A stretch of DNA of 63,896 nucleotides, the filler included, from Octopus bimaculoides (Eukaryota): the NCBI RefSeq assembly GCF_001194135.2. It is 5 parts of 4 records of this genome, joined end to end, with 100 filler letters (N's around TTAATTAATTAA, not from the genome) between each part and the next. Parts side by side here need not be neighbours in the genome. Positions count along the whole stretch, not along the records: positions 22,837 to 40,046 come from NC_068986.1; 4 more parts are not named here. The stretch is one strand, 5' to 3'. The notes below the pieces were generated by a model. The model had not been told where the DNA came from. It was given only the letters and a program-made list of their open reading frames with translations, and searched no databases. Position numbers and translations under genes: made by a program. Of the stretch, positions 22,793-36,978 are shown one piece after another. Positions within the stretch are counted from its first letter, which is position 1. Every line of letters starts with the position of its first letter.

Positions 22793-23811
22793 NNNNNNNN
22801 NNNNNNNNNNNNNNNNNNNNNNNNNNNNNNNNNNNNGTGCATTCTTATATTTGTATAATATGTGCACTTAGCGTTATTATAGATAAACGAGTGTATTTAT
22901 ACATATATCTGCCTATTATATACATATATATATACACACACAAAGGTAAACATATATACCTCAACACTTGTACACCTTCATGCCTGTACACTCATACAAA
23001 TGCGTACATGCGCGCTTCAGTGTGTGTATGTATGTGTGTGCATGTGTGTGTATTTGTGCGTGTATTTGTGGGTGTATGCGTGTTTGCATGTGTGTGTGTG
23101 TAGCAAATGTTTGAAAGAGTGTGTGAACAGATATTTACACTCATATGTGAACGATAGCTTTAGATGTAACATCATAATAAGATGTGTGACCACGATGTCT
23201 CAGCGTAAGAATTCTAGTTCTCTGAGCGGCTTATAAGCTGTTGTTAATATTCAGAAACAGTTTAAATTGCTAAATCCCGTCTGATAATCGTCAACATGCA
23301 TGCAAATGGAATTTGGAAATAAAATGGTATTTGGTCTGGCATTTAGGGCAAAGTTTGTATTACCTGCGACATGGTGCTGTGTAGAGAATCATAATTAACG
23401 CACAAAAATAGGAACGAGACGCTAGGGAACGGCATAGGATCTTCGTAAACCGATTGTTTTTTATTTGCTCCAGTCATTTATCTACAGCCATTCTGGGCAC
23501 CTCCTGGAAAGGTTAAGTCAAACAAATTGACACTTGTAGTTATTCTGTGCGTTTCTTTTTTGCCGATTCACTTAGTATAGGGATGTACAGAAACCAAGAA
23601 CTGGCTGTCAAGTGATGGTGATTGTCCGCTAAATCCACAAGTTTCTTATTTCTCTCTCTGTTTATTTCTTAGTTTTCTTTCCTGTTGAAGAACGCGGGCT
23701 CGGAACGTAAAAGACTTTCTTACCTTCCCGAGCGTCAGACTAATACGCCTGCTTCTTGTTTATACACATGTCTTCGTCTTTTGTTTTTCTGTAAACTTCA
23801 ATTATGTATAT

Positions 23812-23975
23812 ATTTCGTCTGTCTTTACGTTCTGAGTTCAAATTCCGCCGATGTCGACTTTGCCTTTCATCCTTTCGGGAACGATAAATTCAGTACCAGT
23901 TGCGTCCTGGGGTCGATCTAATCGAATAGCCCCCCCTCCCCCAAAGTTTGGGGTCTTGTGCCTAGAGTAGAAAAT
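23812..23975 (+). mobile_element. SINE family B, 5'-truncated
   Basis: TTCTGAGTTCAAATTCCGCCGATGTCGACTTTGCCTTTCATCCTTTCGGG..CCTAGAGTAGAAAA. Confidence 0.88.
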
Positions 23976-24024
23976 AATGTTCATATTCTATATTCTTCTG
24001 ACGCATTACTTTAACGCATAAGTA

Positions 24025-24250
24025 GGTTTTTTCTACTCTAGGCATAAGGCCCGAAAAGTTTTTTTGAGGTGGGGGACGAACCAGTCGATTAGATCGACCC
24101 CAGTACCCAACTGATACTTAATTTATCGACCTCGAAATGATGAAAGACAAAGTTGACTTTTGCGCAATTTGAACTCAGAACGTAAAGGCAGACGACATAC
24201 CACTAAACATTTCGCCCGGCGTGCTAACGATTCTGCCAGCTCACCGCCTT
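24025..24250 (-). mobile_element. SINE family B, full length
   Basis: Reverse complement from AAGGCGGTGAGCTGGCAGAATCGTTAGCACGCCGGG to CCTAGAGTAGAAAAA. Confidence 0.88.
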
Positions 24251-25366
24251 AAATGCATAAGTAAAATTGCCTTCTAACAACTGGTACTTGGTATCGTTAT
24301 GTGCATGCCTAATCACTCTGCATGGATGTGTGTATGTGAGCGTGTGCATTTGAGTATGTATATGTCAGTGTGTAAGCATGTGTATGTGTTTGTGTGCACG
24401 TGCACACGTGTTTGTGCTTGTGTGTTATGCAGAGTTCGTAATGTATATGTTTTAATCTAAAGTTTTAAAAACACATCAGAAGTACGTCTTTAGATTTCAT
24501 AAGGACTTACGTGTAGTTTTGTTTTCTTTTTATTTCAATTTAAGCCACAGAATAAAAGACTATAAAAATATAATAAAATAATAGAGCACACGAATAAAAA
24601 ACAGAAAGAAATTGATGAAAAATAAACCACTCCCCATTGTCCAACCTCAATATAAATGTTTGTACTAAATCTTACTTCAGAAATAAGCCAAAAGAAAAGG
24701 AAAACCTTACTATTTGAACCAAGTGGGCGCTTGAAAAGAGATAAATCTTTGAGATGATTAGAAGCCATCAGACGCAAAAGATTACAGAAATCTTCAGTTT
24801 TTGGTTTGCTTTCAGTTCCTTCTTAGCAGATAACGTCTATCTTTTAAAATAGCTTTTGAATAAAAGAAAGCCTTAGTCTTTTCTATTATATTCTTACCGG
24901 TTTCATTAGAAGGCCGGTTGTTTTTGTTGCTATTGCACGTGTCCTTTTCTTGTTTTGGTAGACTTAAGTGGAGTCTTTTGTCATTCGCTTATATCTACAT
25001 CTCTCGTTGATTTCTAATTCTTTTACGTTTGTTGTTGCTTTCGTTGTTGTAGATATTGTTGTTGTTACATTTTATCAAGATATTACGATCATTTCTTTTG
25101 ATAAGTAATTCAATTCATGCTAACATTGCACATCTTCGCAAAAGTGGAATATTAACAGATGACAGCATTATAAGCATTTGCTTGGAACTTCGTAACCATG
25201 GCAGTTGCTCTTATCTTGTTGTCATCCTAAAGACCGAATCTACGGAAGTATCAATAAACTATTTAGACACGCACACATAAACATACAGACTACAGACAAT
25301 ACCATCACCAATCACAAGCACACACACACACATATATACACATACATACACACACGTACATATATG

Positions 25367-25421
<55 letters not shown>

Positions 25422-26299
25422 TTACATACATACATACATATATATATNNNNNNNNNNNNNNNNNNNNNNNNNNNNNNNNNNNNNNNNNNNNNNNNNNNNN
25501 NNNNNNNNNNNNNNNNNNNNNNNNNNNNNNNNNNNNNNNNNNNNNNNNNNNNNNNNNNNNNNNNNNNNNNNNNNNNNNNNNNNNNNNNNNNNNNNNNNNN
25601 NNNNNNNNNNNNNNNNNNNNNNNNNNNNNNNNNNNNNNNNNNNNNNNNNNNNNNNNNNNNNNNNNNNNNNNNNNNNNNNNNNNNNNNNNNNNNNNNNNNN
25701 NNNNNNNNNNNNNNNNNNNNNNNNNNNNNNNNNNNNNNNNNNNNNNNNNNNNNNNNNNNNNNNNNNNNNNNNNNNNNNNNNNNNNNNNNNNNNNNNNNNN
25801 NNNNNNNNNNNNNNNNNNNNNNNNNNNNNNNNNNNNNNNNNNNNNNNNNNNNNNNNNNNNNNNNNNNNNNNNNNNNNNNNNNNNNNNNNNNNNNNNNNNN
25901 NNNNNNNNNNNNNNNNNNNNNNNNNNNNNNNNNNNNNNNNNNNNNNNNNNNNNNNNNNNNNNNNNNNNNNNNNNNNNNNNNNNNNNNNNNNNNNNNNNNN
26001 NNNNNNNNNNNNNNNNNNNNNNNNNNNNNNTTTCAGACCGTGTGTCTATAGTAGAATTTTTTTTTTCTCGGTCCCTTTTGATTGAACTCCCCCCTTTTTT
26101 CCTTCCTACGATCCCTTTTGATCGACACCCACCCCTACTTTTTATTTTTTTTCTAAAAAGAAAAGCTCTACATTGTATTCGTCCCATCTTTGTTGAGCCC
26201 TGTGTGGCTAATAAAAGAAACGTATTTAAGCTTGGAAGGCAGCAAGCTGACAGACTCGTTAGCGCTCTGGATGAAATTCTTATCCCTATTTCACCCGTT

Positions 26300-26590
26300 G
26301 TGAGTTCAAATTCTGCCGAGGTCGACTTTGCCTTTCACGCTTTCGGGTTCGATAAAATAAGTATCAGTTCAACACTGGGGTCGATGTAATCGACTCATAG
26401 CCACCTCCGCGAAACTATTATTGTGGCAGAAATTTGAAATAATAATTATTTATGCTTAGTAAGGTGGTCAGCTGGCAAAACCATTAGCAAGCTGGGCTAA
26501 AAGCTCCGAGATATTTCGTCCGGGTTTACATCCTGAGTCGATTTTGATTTCATCATTTTGGGGTCGATAAAATAAGTACTAACTGTGCAC
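26300..26590 (+). mobile_element. Two SINE family B fragments
   Basis: GAGTTCAAATTCTGCCGAGGTCGACTTTGCCTTTCA core at 26302, and a second head AAGGTGGTCAGCTGGCAAAA at 26461. Confidence 0.8.
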
Positions 26591-26675
26591 TTTAATTGAT
26601 GCAATCCTCTAGGAATCTTCCAACCACCATCAACACCACCACCACCAAATTCCATACCTTGTGCTTATAATAGAA

Positions 26676-27061
26676 GTGGAGGCGCAATGGCCCAGTGGTT
26701 TGGGCAGCGGACTCGCAGTCATAGGATCGTGGTTTCGATTCCCAGACCGGGCGTTGTGAGTGTTTATTGAGCGAAAACACCTAAAGCTCAACGAGGCTCC
26801 GATAGGGGATGGTGGCAAACCTTGCTGTACTCTTTCACCACAACTTTCTGTCAGCCTTACTTCCTGTTTCTGTTGTGTCTGTAGGTCGAAGGGCCGGCCT
26901 TGTCACACTCTGTGTCACGCTGAATGTTCCCCGAGAACTACGTTAAAAGTGCACGTGTCTGTGGAGTGCTCAGCCACTTGCACGTTAATTTCACGAGAAG
27001 TCTGTTCCGTTGATCGGATCAACTGGAACCCTCGTCGTCTTAAGCGACGGAGTGCCAACAA
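26676..27061 (+). mobile_element. SINE family C, apparently full length
   Basis: tRNA-like head GGCGCAATGGCCCAGTGG..GGTTTCGATTCCC, a ~390 bp body, and an end at CTTAAGCGACGGAGTGCCAACAA. Confidence 0.85.
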
Positions 27062-27673
27062 TATATACGTGCAAAATGAATGGTGGCTAATGAAGTCGGG
27101 TTTCTGAGAGGGGGTTGTGTACGTATATAGACAAGTTTGAGCTCGTGTGTAGCTATTTATTGGTGCTTAAGCCGTGGGTGTTGTAGTTAAGAAGTTTATT
27201 TCCCAACCACAGACATCTGTGTTTAGTTCTACTGCGTAACACTATGGGCGACGGAGTGCCAACAACAACAGCTTATAATAGAATGGATTGGATAAGTTAA
27301 TCTTGGTTCATACACTGAGTATGATGTAAAATATAAAACGAGACCAGGGTTCACGACTAGACTTATGGTCAACATCGTTTTGTTGTCGTATTGTAAGAAT
27401 CAAAACAGGATAATGTTGTTTGTTGTTTAGCACCTCTCAGTGCAGTCGCCTATAGGCCTTTGATTGTATCACGTATTGGACTGCGTTTATGAGGGGACAC
27501 GGCCTTGAACAGGTTCAGTCGAACAACTCAAGCAAAGCCCTTATTTTTGATTCTGGATCTTTTTCTATCGGTTTCTATGCCGAAACCGGGAAGTTACAAG
27601 GGATGCAAACAAACGAATGCGCACACATACACACACGGATAAACATTATTAATGTTATTATTGTTATTATTAT

Positions 27674-27744
<71 letters not shown>

Positions 27745-27872
27745 ATGGTGGTAGTGATGCTGGTCATACATATCCACATACCGTACACGCAGATGAGTAT
27801 CTGTATGTATGAGATACGTGTACTTGTACATACCATCTCAGTACACTTTGCCTGTAGACAAAATGTCTCCGT

Positions 27873-27922
<50 letters not shown>

Positions 27923-28095
27923 ATAGATGTGTCTGTGTGTCTTTGTGCGTCTGATGGTGCGTCTATCTGAGTTTCTATAGTTGGTCATATCGATACACAG
28001 TAATTCATTAAGATATATGCAAAAATCACACATTCTTAAGTCTACGTGCATAATGAGATATTTTTCTACTTGTATATGTGTACAAATCTATGCCG

Positions 28096-28157
<62 letters not shown>

Positions 28158-28678
28158 NNNNNNNNNNNNNNNNNNNNNNNNNNNNNNNNNNNNNNNNNNN
28201 NNNNNNNNNNNNNNNNNNNNNNNNNNNNNNNNNNNNNNNNNNNNNNNNNNNNNNNNNNNNNNNNNNNNNNNNNNNNNNNNNNNNNNNNNNNNNNNNNNNN
28301 NNNNNNNNNNNNNNNNNNNNNNNNNNNNNNNNNNNNNNNNNNNNNNNNNNNNNNNNNNNNNNNNNNNNNNNNNNNNNNNNNNNNNNNNNNNNNNNNNNNN
28401 NNNNNNNNNNNNNNNNNNNNNNNNNNNNNNNNNNNNNNNNNNNNNNNNNNNNNNNNNNNNNNNNNNNNNNNNNNNNNNNNNNNNNNNNNNNNNNNNNNNN
28501 NNNNNNNNNNNNNNNNNNNNNNNNNNNNNNNNNNNNNNNNNNNNNNNNNNNNNNNNNNNNNNNNNNNNNNNNNNNNNNNNNNNNNNNNNNNNNNNNNNNN
28601 NNNNNNNNNNNNNNNNNNNNNNNNNNNNNNNNNNNNNNNNNNNNNNNNNNNNNNNNNNNNNNNNNNNNNNNNNNNNNN

Positions 28679-28731
<53 letters not shown>

Positions 28732-29148
28732 ATATATATATATATAATTACATATATAATATATAATGTATACATATGACAAAAATCTTTGCAATTTACC
28801 ACTTCACAGTAGATTAGATAATTTAGGAAGCTAAAATTATGTGGATGAAAGTGATAAATAATTTGAATTTTGTCTAGATTGCCGAAAAACAAATGAAGAA
28901 TACCAAATCATATGATAAAAGTTTAATTGCAAACGTCACTACGCTACACTATAACGCGTGGCGTAGATCAGTGCCTTCAGTCATAAGTAGTCGGTGATAA
29001 GGTTTTGGTTGTTGTTTTTCTTTAATATATACCATTATATTTGGATTGGTAGAAACACCCGCACGCAATTTATACAGTCACATAGTCACATTCATACAAA
29101 GGTATATAAATACATACATACATACATACATGCCTACGTATATTTATA

Positions 29149-29187
<39 letters not shown>

Positions 29188-29565
29188 NNNNNNNNNNNNN
29201 NNNNNNNNNNNNNNNNNNNNNNNNNNNNNNNNNNNNNNNNNNNNNNNNNNNNNNNNNNNNNNNNNNNNNNNNNNNNNNNNNNNNNNNNNNNNNNNNNNNN
29301 NNNNNNNNNNNNNNNNNNNNNNNNNNNNNNNNNNNNNNNNNNNNNNNNNNNNNNNNNNNNNNNNNNNNNNNNNNNNNNNNNNNNNNNNNNNNNNNNNNNN
29401 NNNNNNNNNNNNNNNNNNNNNNNNNNNNNNNNNNNNNNNNNNNNNNNNNNNNNNNNNNNNNNNNNNNNNNNNNNNNNNNNNNNNNNNNNNNNNNNNNNNN
29501 NNNNNNNNNNNNNNNNNNNNNNNNNNNNNNNNNNNNNNNNNNNNNNNNNNNNNNNNNNNNNNNNN

Positions 29566-29654
<89 letters not shown>

Positions 29655-30463
29655 ATGTATATCAACATACACATACATTTATTGTGCGTGTGTGTGCGTT
29701 TGTGTGTGTGTGTGTGTGTATGTTTATATAGAGAATATGAGAAGAGAAGAACGAAGCGACACTGCTACCTGAAATAATAATTGATTTTTGTAATTTCCTT
29801 ATCGACAGATCTAGTAGCATCGACTTATTTACATAGATTTACATATCAGCTTAATAAGAAATCAAACAACACAAAAAAAAACAAACAGACCCCCCAACCC
29901 CGCTCCCACAACTAACCCACTCCGAGGAATATGAGATAGAATTTGTACTTCATTGTTTTACTGTAAACGTACGTAATAATGAAAGTTTATATAAAATATA
30001 GGACTTAAACCTGAGATGATTTTATTTCATAGGGAAGCACTGAGCTGTGGTTTGAACTGCAAAATTTAAGTAAACGTAATACATCTATCCTCGTTTATCA
30101 CGGCTGTCTGATTAGGAAATAAAAACGTTTGTGTTAAAGAAAACAGTAATAAATGGATTATAGAACATATGGTGGGCGGAGTGGAGGAATAGGTTTGTTT
30201 TAAGAGATACGAATTTGCGCTGTTTTTGAATGATCGCCGACCCGTGTTATTACAGATCAATTCTTAACCCTGAACGTTCCATGTTATCCCGAATCAGTGA
30301 TGAATGAATCTGTGATAAACGGGGCTAGTTGTATGCTTCTTTGGGACTTCAAATTCTTTACCATACGTAAATGACCCTCTTCGGAGATTTTTTTTTATGA
30401 TCTACCAGAAGGTAAAGCAGACTAATTGCACCGATACAGTAATGTAAAACCGCAGTATGTTTC

Positions 30464-30782
30464 CTTTTCTACTCTAGGCAGAAGGTTCCGACGGAATTTG
30501 AACTAAAGACAGACGAAATACTGCTAAGCATTTCGTCCTGCGTGCTAACGTTTCTTATTTCTTTATTGTCCATAAGGAGCTAAACATAGAGGGGACAAAC
30601 AAGGGCAAAGTGATTAAGTCGATTACATCGACCCCAGTGCGTAACTGGTACTTATTTAATCGACCCCGAAAGGATGAAAGGCAAAGTCGACCTCGACGGA
30701 ATTAGAACTCAGAACGTAGCGGCAGTCGCAATACCGCTAAAAATTTCGCCCGGCGTGCTAACGTTTCTGCCAGCTCGCCTCC
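30464..30782 (-). mobile_element. SINE family B dimer (second monomer deleted internally)
   Basis: A full head and core with the AATAAAGAAATAAGA tail is joined directly to AACGTTAGCACG of a second monomer. Confidence 0.85.
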
Positions 30783-32183
30783 TTTACAATTTGGTTAGCT
30801 TAGCTGATACATTTTTTTTTTTTCTGTTCACGAAAATATAATATTTACAGGCAACATGTTTACAACTGTTTTTTACAGATTGTAATGACTAATACCTGCA
30901 GGTATATTCTGTTGTATAATCTAGTAGTGACGAAAATAACAGTTAAAGCATCCGTAATCTTACAAATCGTTTAATGTATTCAGTAATACTATAACTGGAA
31001 CGTAATATTCCGTCTCTTTATTTCTTATACATTTATTACGATATACACAGCCTCTCTGAATTTGTAAGGTGTGCAAGTCAACCACAGTGATCTTACTGTA
31101 CCTCTTCTTTCCCTCTTCTTTCCCTCAACACAAGACTTCATTACACCGTCAATAAATCCTTCTGTTCCTAAACGGCATCCCTCTGAAAATATCTGACATT
31201 ATTCTTTATGTTTATAGCTGATTAAGCAAATTTATTACATGAAGTTAATCGGTTTAATAACTGTGTGTGACACACACTGTCATTACTCCACTGTAGTCCA
31301 TACTATTAACCAGAGCACGCTGGGTTATGTCTTCATTCGCATTACTTTTAGTCCAGTAGGCCCCGTTCGCAGTCCACAAACCTCTGGTTAAAAGCATTAA
31401 AGACTTTGATCACAGATTTAAAGAGTAACGAGTTTTGCATTATCCTTCTTTCAAGCCAGAAAGGTTTAATTCGAGATATATTTGGCTACTATTTCTAACA
31501 AAACGTCTGACTGCTTAAAGATTTTCTTGTTAAGAGCATACGCTTGGCTTCACCGGTGTAAATGTATAAACATGTTGGAGTTGGACGAAATAGAAGAGTC
31601 TCTGCTCCTTTTATTAACAAGTATATTTGGTACTAAAGAGAACAAAGACGATCGAAATACGTCTACCAATTCATACTGGGCGTTCGGAGATGATTATAAT
31701 GTTATAGTGTTCTACCATTTTGTCATAATCGAGCTTTGTCTTCAGCAGCAAACTGAAATGAAAGTCCTTCACAGGTTCAAATACATCCCAAACATATCTA
31801 AAATTATGTAATGAAGTTTATCTAAACATGGGTCACATGAAAAGCCTTAAGATATAATGTCTGCCGTTTCACGTTCTCCGGATTAAATGATTATAAAGAG
31901 GTGGTGTAAATTCCCGGCAGTTAACTGCGTAGCTTAGTTTTGATTATTATAGTTTCAGTACGTCATATATCGTTTTAGAGACTTTATGAAACGCACCTAT
32001 GACACACGGTCTCATTTTTCATCCACCATGAACGTTGCGGAAATGAAATTCTAATAATTGATATTTTACTTAAGCAGAAACATCTCTGCGTTTCCAGTTC
32101 AAAAACCTCCGAAATTAACTTCGCCTTTCATCCCGTTGGAGCCTCAAACGCACAACTTCAGTATTGGCGTCCATAATCTCTCT

Positions 32184-32189
32184 CTCTCG

Positions 32190-32226
<37 letters not shown>

Positions 32227-32236
32227 NNNNNNNNNN

Positions 32237-32274
<38 letters not shown>

Positions 32275-32659
32275 CTATCTCTCTTCCTCACTCTATTCTT
32301 CTCTATCTGTCTCCCTTTTTCACCCCTCTTTCTCTCCCCTCTATCTTGCCCTATCTTTATCCTTTTCTCTCTCTCTCAATTTCTCTCCCCATCCCTCTCA
32401 CTCTAATCCTCTCTTTAACTCCTTTTCCTCCTCTTTCTCACTTACTTTTTCCTCCTCTCTCTCTCCCTCCCTTTCTCTTTTTCTCTCTGTCCCTTTATTT
32501 CTCCATCTCTCCCCTCTTCCTATCCCTCTCTCTATCTCTCTCTTCCTTTCTTTGCCCTATATCTCCCTCCCCCTCCCTGTCTATTCCTCTCTCTAACCCT
32601 CTTTCTTCCTCTCTCTCCCTCTCTCTATCCCATCCCTCTCTATCCGTCTCCTCCCCTTC

Positions 32660-32695
<36 letters not shown>

Positions 32696-32750
32696 AATCT
32701 TCCGCTCTCTCCTTAGCTCTTCCTCCTCCTCTTACTCGCCCCCTCCCTCT
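32184..32750. repeat. Degenerate (CT)n/(CTAT)n low-complexity tract
   Basis: Direct inspection. Confidence 0.9.
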
Positions 32751-33028
32751 CTGTATACACATTGTACCTTTAAAGCTAACGTCCAATTTTCGTACATAAA
32801 ATCCTTCCTGATTTTTGTTCGAGATCAATAATCTTACTGGGACTGGATAATCCGACTACATCGAGTACAAATGCTCAAATGGAGCTTATTTTGTAACCAC
32901 ATGACCACCACCGAAACGGAAAGTCGATCTGGACGACATTTAAAGTCACAGCGTAAAGAGCAGGAAGAAATGCCGCCACGCATTTTTCAGACGCTGACAA
33001 TTCAGCAATGACACCACCCTATTAATTT

Positions 33029-33066
33029 TTGTTGTTGTTGTTGTTGTTGTTGTTGTTCTTCTTCTT

Positions 33067-33097
<31 letters not shown>

Positions 33098-33139
33098 TCA
33101 TCATCATCATCATCATCATCATCATTATTATTATTAATA

Positions 33140-33198
<59 letters not shown>

Positions 33199-33325
33199 TG
33201 TTGTTGTTGTTGTTGTATGTTTACGATGTGGATGTTGTTGGTGCTACATCTGCCGCTGCTGTTGCTGCTGTAGAGGATGAGGATGATGATGATGATGATG
33301 ACCACGACGACGACGACGACGATGG

Positions 33326-33366
<41 letters not shown>

Positions 33367-33430
33367 GTGGTGATGGTGATATTGATGATGATAATGATGG
33401 TGATGGTGATGATGAAGACGATGATGATGA
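33029..33430. repeat. Compound triplet microsatellite with a 60 bp unique core
   Basis: (GTT)(CTT)(CAT)(ATT), then core 33211-33270, then (GAT/GAC)n. An inverted copy of the core is at 34461-34520. Confidence 0.9.
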
Positions 33431-33614
33431 CTTGTTCATGGGTTCTGTTTGAGAATAGCATTAATGGTGCTTGTCTGTGGAATACATCACCGCTTATCCG
33501 TTACTTTTAAAAATAGAAATTAATCCAATCAAACACAAAATAACTAATCCTCGTGACTGACAGATGATCGACCATTAACCATAATTAGTCTGATATTTAA
33601 ATATATATATATTT

Positions 33615-33790
33615 CTTTCGTCCGTCTTTACGATCTGAGTTCAAACTTCACCGAGCTCGATTTTGCCCGTCATCATTTTGAGGTCGATAAAATGAGTACC
33701 AGTCGAGTACTGGGCGGGGGGGTTGATGTAATCGACTTACCCCCCCCCCCGACCTCCCGAAATTCTTGTCCTTGAGCCAAAATCTGAAAC
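33615..33790 (+). mobile_element. SINE family B, 5'-truncated
   Basis: CTGAGTTCAAAC..GAGGTCGATAAAATGAGTACCAGTCGAGTACTGGG. Confidence 0.75.
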
Positions 33791-34324
33791 CAGTATTAAG
33801 ATGTATCTTATCGTGTTGGTTAAGTACTAAGTCAAAGTAACAAAAGCAGATCTCACCATCCTTCACAGATATACTGCAAGACTGGAGAGGCTGAAAAGAA
33901 ACCACAGAATACGAGATAGTAACAACATGAAGCCCCACATGTTATTCTGATATTCCTACACCTAGTATGTCGTGACGTTTATACCATGCTTGAGGGAAAT
34001 ATTAACTTATATGAAATACGATAAATCGGTCCCGAGTGTAGGCAGAATGTGTTACTCTTGACACAGTCTCGCGTTTATTATAATATAATAATAACACGAC
34101 ATTTCAACGCTTTCTCTGAAGCCTGAAAACTTTTCTACACATATCTGCCATCAAAACCTTGCATGTAATGACTTGTCGTTCTTTTGCTAATTGACAGGAA
34201 GCCTCAGGTAAGTCAAAGTTACTGAATTGTGAACGAACAATTTCCATAATTGTAATTATGTTGTTGTCAAAGTCATATCAAATTCCACATTACTTAATCG
34301 CGCTATCGCAATTAAAGAGATTCT

Positions 34325-34700
<376 letters not shown>

Positions 34701-35309
34701 TCCAATCACCGCCAAAAAACTGTTTGCAGCCAAATTTAAATGTTCATTATAAATATGCCAGCAGCAGCAGCATCAGTAGCAGCGCCAACAGCAGCACGAG
34801 CAACATCAACGTCGTTGTCATTGTTATCAAGATCATCTGGGTCATGAACATCATTGTCCCCTTCGTCCTCTTCGTCCCCTCTTCGTTAACAATCTTATAA
34901 TCATCTGTATTTGCATATCACCCTCATTAGTTTGCCTCCGTATGTATGTATGTATGTATGTATGTATGTATGAATGAATGAATGAATGTACGTATGTATG
35001 TATGTATGTATGTATGTATGCATGTTTGTATGTATGCATGTTTGTATGTGTGCATGTGTTCATATATGCATGTGTGAGCGTATACTATCTGCAAGTCGAT
35101 GGATACCGCATATTCTCTTCCATTTTCTTATTGCTATATAAATTTAGGGTAAAATAACCCCCTTTTACCCACACCCACTTATTGCACTTAGTATAACATT
35201 AGTGTAACAATAATTGGGTACCACCCCAGCAGTATATTGAATAGATACTATCCCTTAGTGGGTTCAATACTCAACGCCTAACTCTCTTGCATTATATATA
35301 TATATATAC

Positions 35310-35475
35310 AGGGGCAGGAGTGGCTATGTGGTAAGTAGCTTACTTACCAACTACATGGTTCCTGTTTCAGTCCCACTGCGTGGCAACTTGGATGAGTGTC
35401 TTCTGCTATAGCCTCGGGCCGACCAAAGCCTTGTGAGTGGATTTGGTAGACGGAAACTGAAAGAAGCCCGTTGTA

Positions 35476-35528
<53 letters not shown>

Positions 35529-35737
35529 GTGTGTGTGCGTGTGTGTGTGTCCAACGTCACATGACAACCGATGCTGGTGTGTTTACATTCTCGTAACTTA
35601 GCGGTTCGGCAACAGAGGCCGATCGAATAAGTATTAGGCTTACAAAGAATAAGTCTTGGGGTCGATTGGCTCGACTAAAGGCGGTGCTCCAGCATGGACG
35701 CTGTCAAATGACTGAAACAAGTAAGAGAGTAAAAGAG
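35310..35737 (+). mobile_element. SINE family A, best-preserved copy
   Basis: GGGGCAGGAGTGGCTATGTGGTAAG (A-box-like) and GTTTCAGTCCC (B-box-like), then body, internal (TG)n, and tail CAGCATGGACGCTGTCAAATGACTGAAACAAGTAAGAGAGTAAAAGA. tRNA-derived SINEs named OK, OR1 and OR2 are known from octopus, but which family this is cannot be assigned here. Confidence 0.92.
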
Positions 35738-36978
35738 ATAGAGAGAGAAGAGGATTTGAAAATGCAGAGGTCTTTTAAAGATGTTCATTGACTTGACTGG
35801 TTTCACTTTTTTTATATAAAAAGATTTTCAAAAGTAAAATTTAAGGCTTTGTATAGCCTTTGTGGTATTAAAAAATGGTAAACATAGATGTATTAAAATA
35901 GAGTGATATAATTTTTGACAATGATAAGAAAATATTAAGAGGGGCTTNNNNNNNNNNNNNNNNNNNNNNNNNNNNNNNNNNNNNNNNNNNNNNNNNNNNN
36001 NNNNNNNNNNNNNNNNNNNNNNNNNNNNNNNNNNNNNNNNNNNNNNNNNNNNNNNNNNNNNNNNNNNNNNNNNNNNNNNNNNNNNNNNNNNNNNNNNNNN
36101 NNNNNNNNNNNNNNNNNNNNNNNNNNNNNNNNNNNNNNNNNNNNNNNNNNNNNNNNNNNNNNNNNNNNNNNNNNNNNNNNNNNNNNNNNNNNNNNNNNNN
36201 NNNNNNNNNNNNNNNNNNNNNNNNNNNNNNNNNNNNNNNNNNNNNNNNNNNNNNNNNNNNNNNNNNNNNNNNNNNNNNNNNNNNNNNNNNNNNNNNNNNN
36301 NNNNNNNNNNNNNNNNNNNNNNNNNNNNNNNNNNNNNNNNNNNNNNNNNNNNNNNNNNNNNNNNNNNNNNNNNNNNNNNNNNNNNNNNNNNNNNNNNNNN
36401 NNNNNNNNNNNNNNNNNNNNNNNNNNNNNNNNNNNNNNNNNNNNNNNNNNNNNNNNNNNNNNNNNNNNNNNNNNNNNNNNNNNNNNNNNNNNNNNNNNNN
36501 NNNNNNNNNNNNNNNNNNNNNNNNNNNNNNNNNNNNNNNNNNNNNNNNNNNNNNNNNNNNNNNNNNNNNNNNNNNNNNNNNNNNNNNNNNNNNNNNNNNN
36601 NNNNNNNNNNNNNNNNNNNNNNNNNNNNNNNNNNNNNNNNNNNNNNNNNNNNNNNNNNNNNNNNNNNNNNNNNNNNNNNNNNNNNNNNNNNNNNNNNNNN
36701 NNNNNNNNNNNNNNNNNNNNNNNNNNNNNNNNNNNNNNNNNNNNNNNNNNNNNNNNNNNNNNNNNNNNNNNNNNNNNNNNNNNNNNNNNNNNNNNNNNNN
36801 NNNNNNNNNNNNNNNNNNNNNNNNNNNNNNNNNNNNNNNNNNNNNNNNNNNNNNNNNNNNNNNNNNNNNNNNNNNATATATATATATATATACATGTATA
36901 CATATACATATCCTTTTATATATGTAGATATACACACATATATATGATATATTTATATGAAATTTCTTTGTTTGTTTT

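Noticed and set aside
26676-26750. tRNA gene calls for SINE heads (also 18508, 35310 and others)
   Set aside because: A/B boxes are present but continue into SINE bodies, and no complete cloverleaf or acceptor stem is evident.
33850-33900. Candidate micro-exons with good splice signals (minus-strand TTTCTTTTCAG..GTGAGA here; also about 11620, 30250, 41480, 41755, 51000)
   Set aside because: The peptides are unrecognisable and do not chain into a consistent gene model; such signals are common in AT-rich DNA.
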